Source: Lama guanicoe (lineage: Eukaryota). Taken from it: 64,000 nucleotides of DNA. The notes below the pieces were generated by a model. That model was not told the DNA's origin. It ran no database searches and worked only from the letters and a program-made list of their open reading frames with translations. Every line of letters begins with the position of its first letter. The stretch's first letter is position 1. Below, in pieces: positions 63,138 to 64,000 of the stretch. The stretch is from assembly GCA_013239625.1 (NCBI GenBank), contig MU054338.1:2792977-2856976 (forward strand), given 5' to 3'. A program made the translations under genes and the position numbers.

Positions 63138-63162
63138 GTGCTCGTTTTGGCAGCACATATAG
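63138..63162 (+). pseudogene. Tailless 5' fragment U6 snRNA retropseudogene
   Basis: GTGCTCGTTTTGGCAGCACATATAG versus the U6 5' end GTGCTCGCTTCGGCAGCACATATAC (22/25). Flanked by the direct repeat TAAGAT[A/C]GAGAAAAG at 63123-63137 and 63163-63177. Confidence 0.85.
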
Positions 63163-64000
63163 TAAGATCGAGAAAAGGAACACACAAAGAGATGGACACA
63201 TCCAGGTGAAGGGTGGAGATGCTGAAGGTCTACGGAAATTATTACGAAGGAGAACGGAACATAACCAGGGTGGTTCTTGGGAGCAACAACTCAACAAAGA
63301 ATCCATTAGGAGGATAAGACAACTGTCCTCAGAGTAGGATGTGGCCACTGCAGCAATTCTTTGGGACTGGGACTCAGAATGTCGAGTTAATAAGTCGGTC
63401 CGAACCACCAGCTTACACTGCACTGTGCTTTCCAGGTTTCAAAGCACTTCCCACAGATCTGAATGCAGGCAATCCTTCTTCCCCAAGAGGAAAGCTCTGG
63501 TGGCTGGCTGAGAGGCCCAGCTAGTTCCTCTAGCACAGCCTGTCTGCTTGCTGGAGACTGTATGGGCCACCAGCCCGGGCCCTGATGGCTGGGGGTGGTG
63601 GGGAGGGCTTCCAGAGACCTGTCTACAAGAGGGAACAAAGTGACCCAGGAATTCTTCCAAGACCTATAGCTCCTGCAGAAGGGACTACATCACGGTCTAA
63701 GAGAGTGAGCAGCACTTGAAGGTGTTCCTGTCAAGTAGGCAGGGGCCTGAGGCCTTCTGGCTGAGGGTCTAACCAAGGGCCAGGTCACTTAATTTCACCC
63801 TGCTGGGGCAAAGAGCTGTACTCTCAGCAACAATCCCAGAATCCCTCTGGATTAAATCTCTCCCACCAGGGTTTAGCCTGGAGTCTAGAGATAGTCTCCA
63901 AATACCTTTAGCTCTGGACCACTAGGGTCATTACTTTTTCCCTCAAGGGGCAAAAGGTACCAGCTGTGTATTACTGGGGACTCATTTCTCTTCCCTCCCA

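Noticed and set aside
40710..64000. Numerous 60-200 aa ORFs in SH3GL1 intron 1 as a possible nested gene
   Set aside because: No recognisable homology or coherent exon chain; most begin at non-ATG codons and many overlap repeats.

Overview
Mammalian genomic DNA, most likely a camelid, judged from several young Vic-1-type tRNA-derived SINEs. The gene order matches my recollection of human 19p13.3: TMIGD2 exon 1 (-), complete FSD1 (+, 13 coding exons, 496 aa), complete STAP2 (-, 13 coding exons, 415 aa), complete MPND (+, 13 coding exons, 492 aa) and SH3GL1/endophilin-A2 exons 2-10 (-). SH3GL1 intron 1 fills 40.7-64 kb and its exon 1 lies outside the window. I traced all exons by hand; they have GT-AG boundaries and consistent phases. 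I found no new multi-gene system. The most notable observations: the MPND JAMM catalytic Glu is encoded as Gln while the Zn ligands are intact; STAP2 lacks the STAT3-docking YXXQ motif and has a 14-aa C-terminal extension; a nested Tigger1/solo-LTR/L1 insertion with an intact LTR promoter sits in STAP2 intron 1; there is a 25-nt tailless U6 retrocopy, a triplicated MER53 hairpin, a duplicated FSD1 splice acceptor, and two assembly artefacts. Comparisons with human proteins and repeat consensuses are from memory, not database searches.
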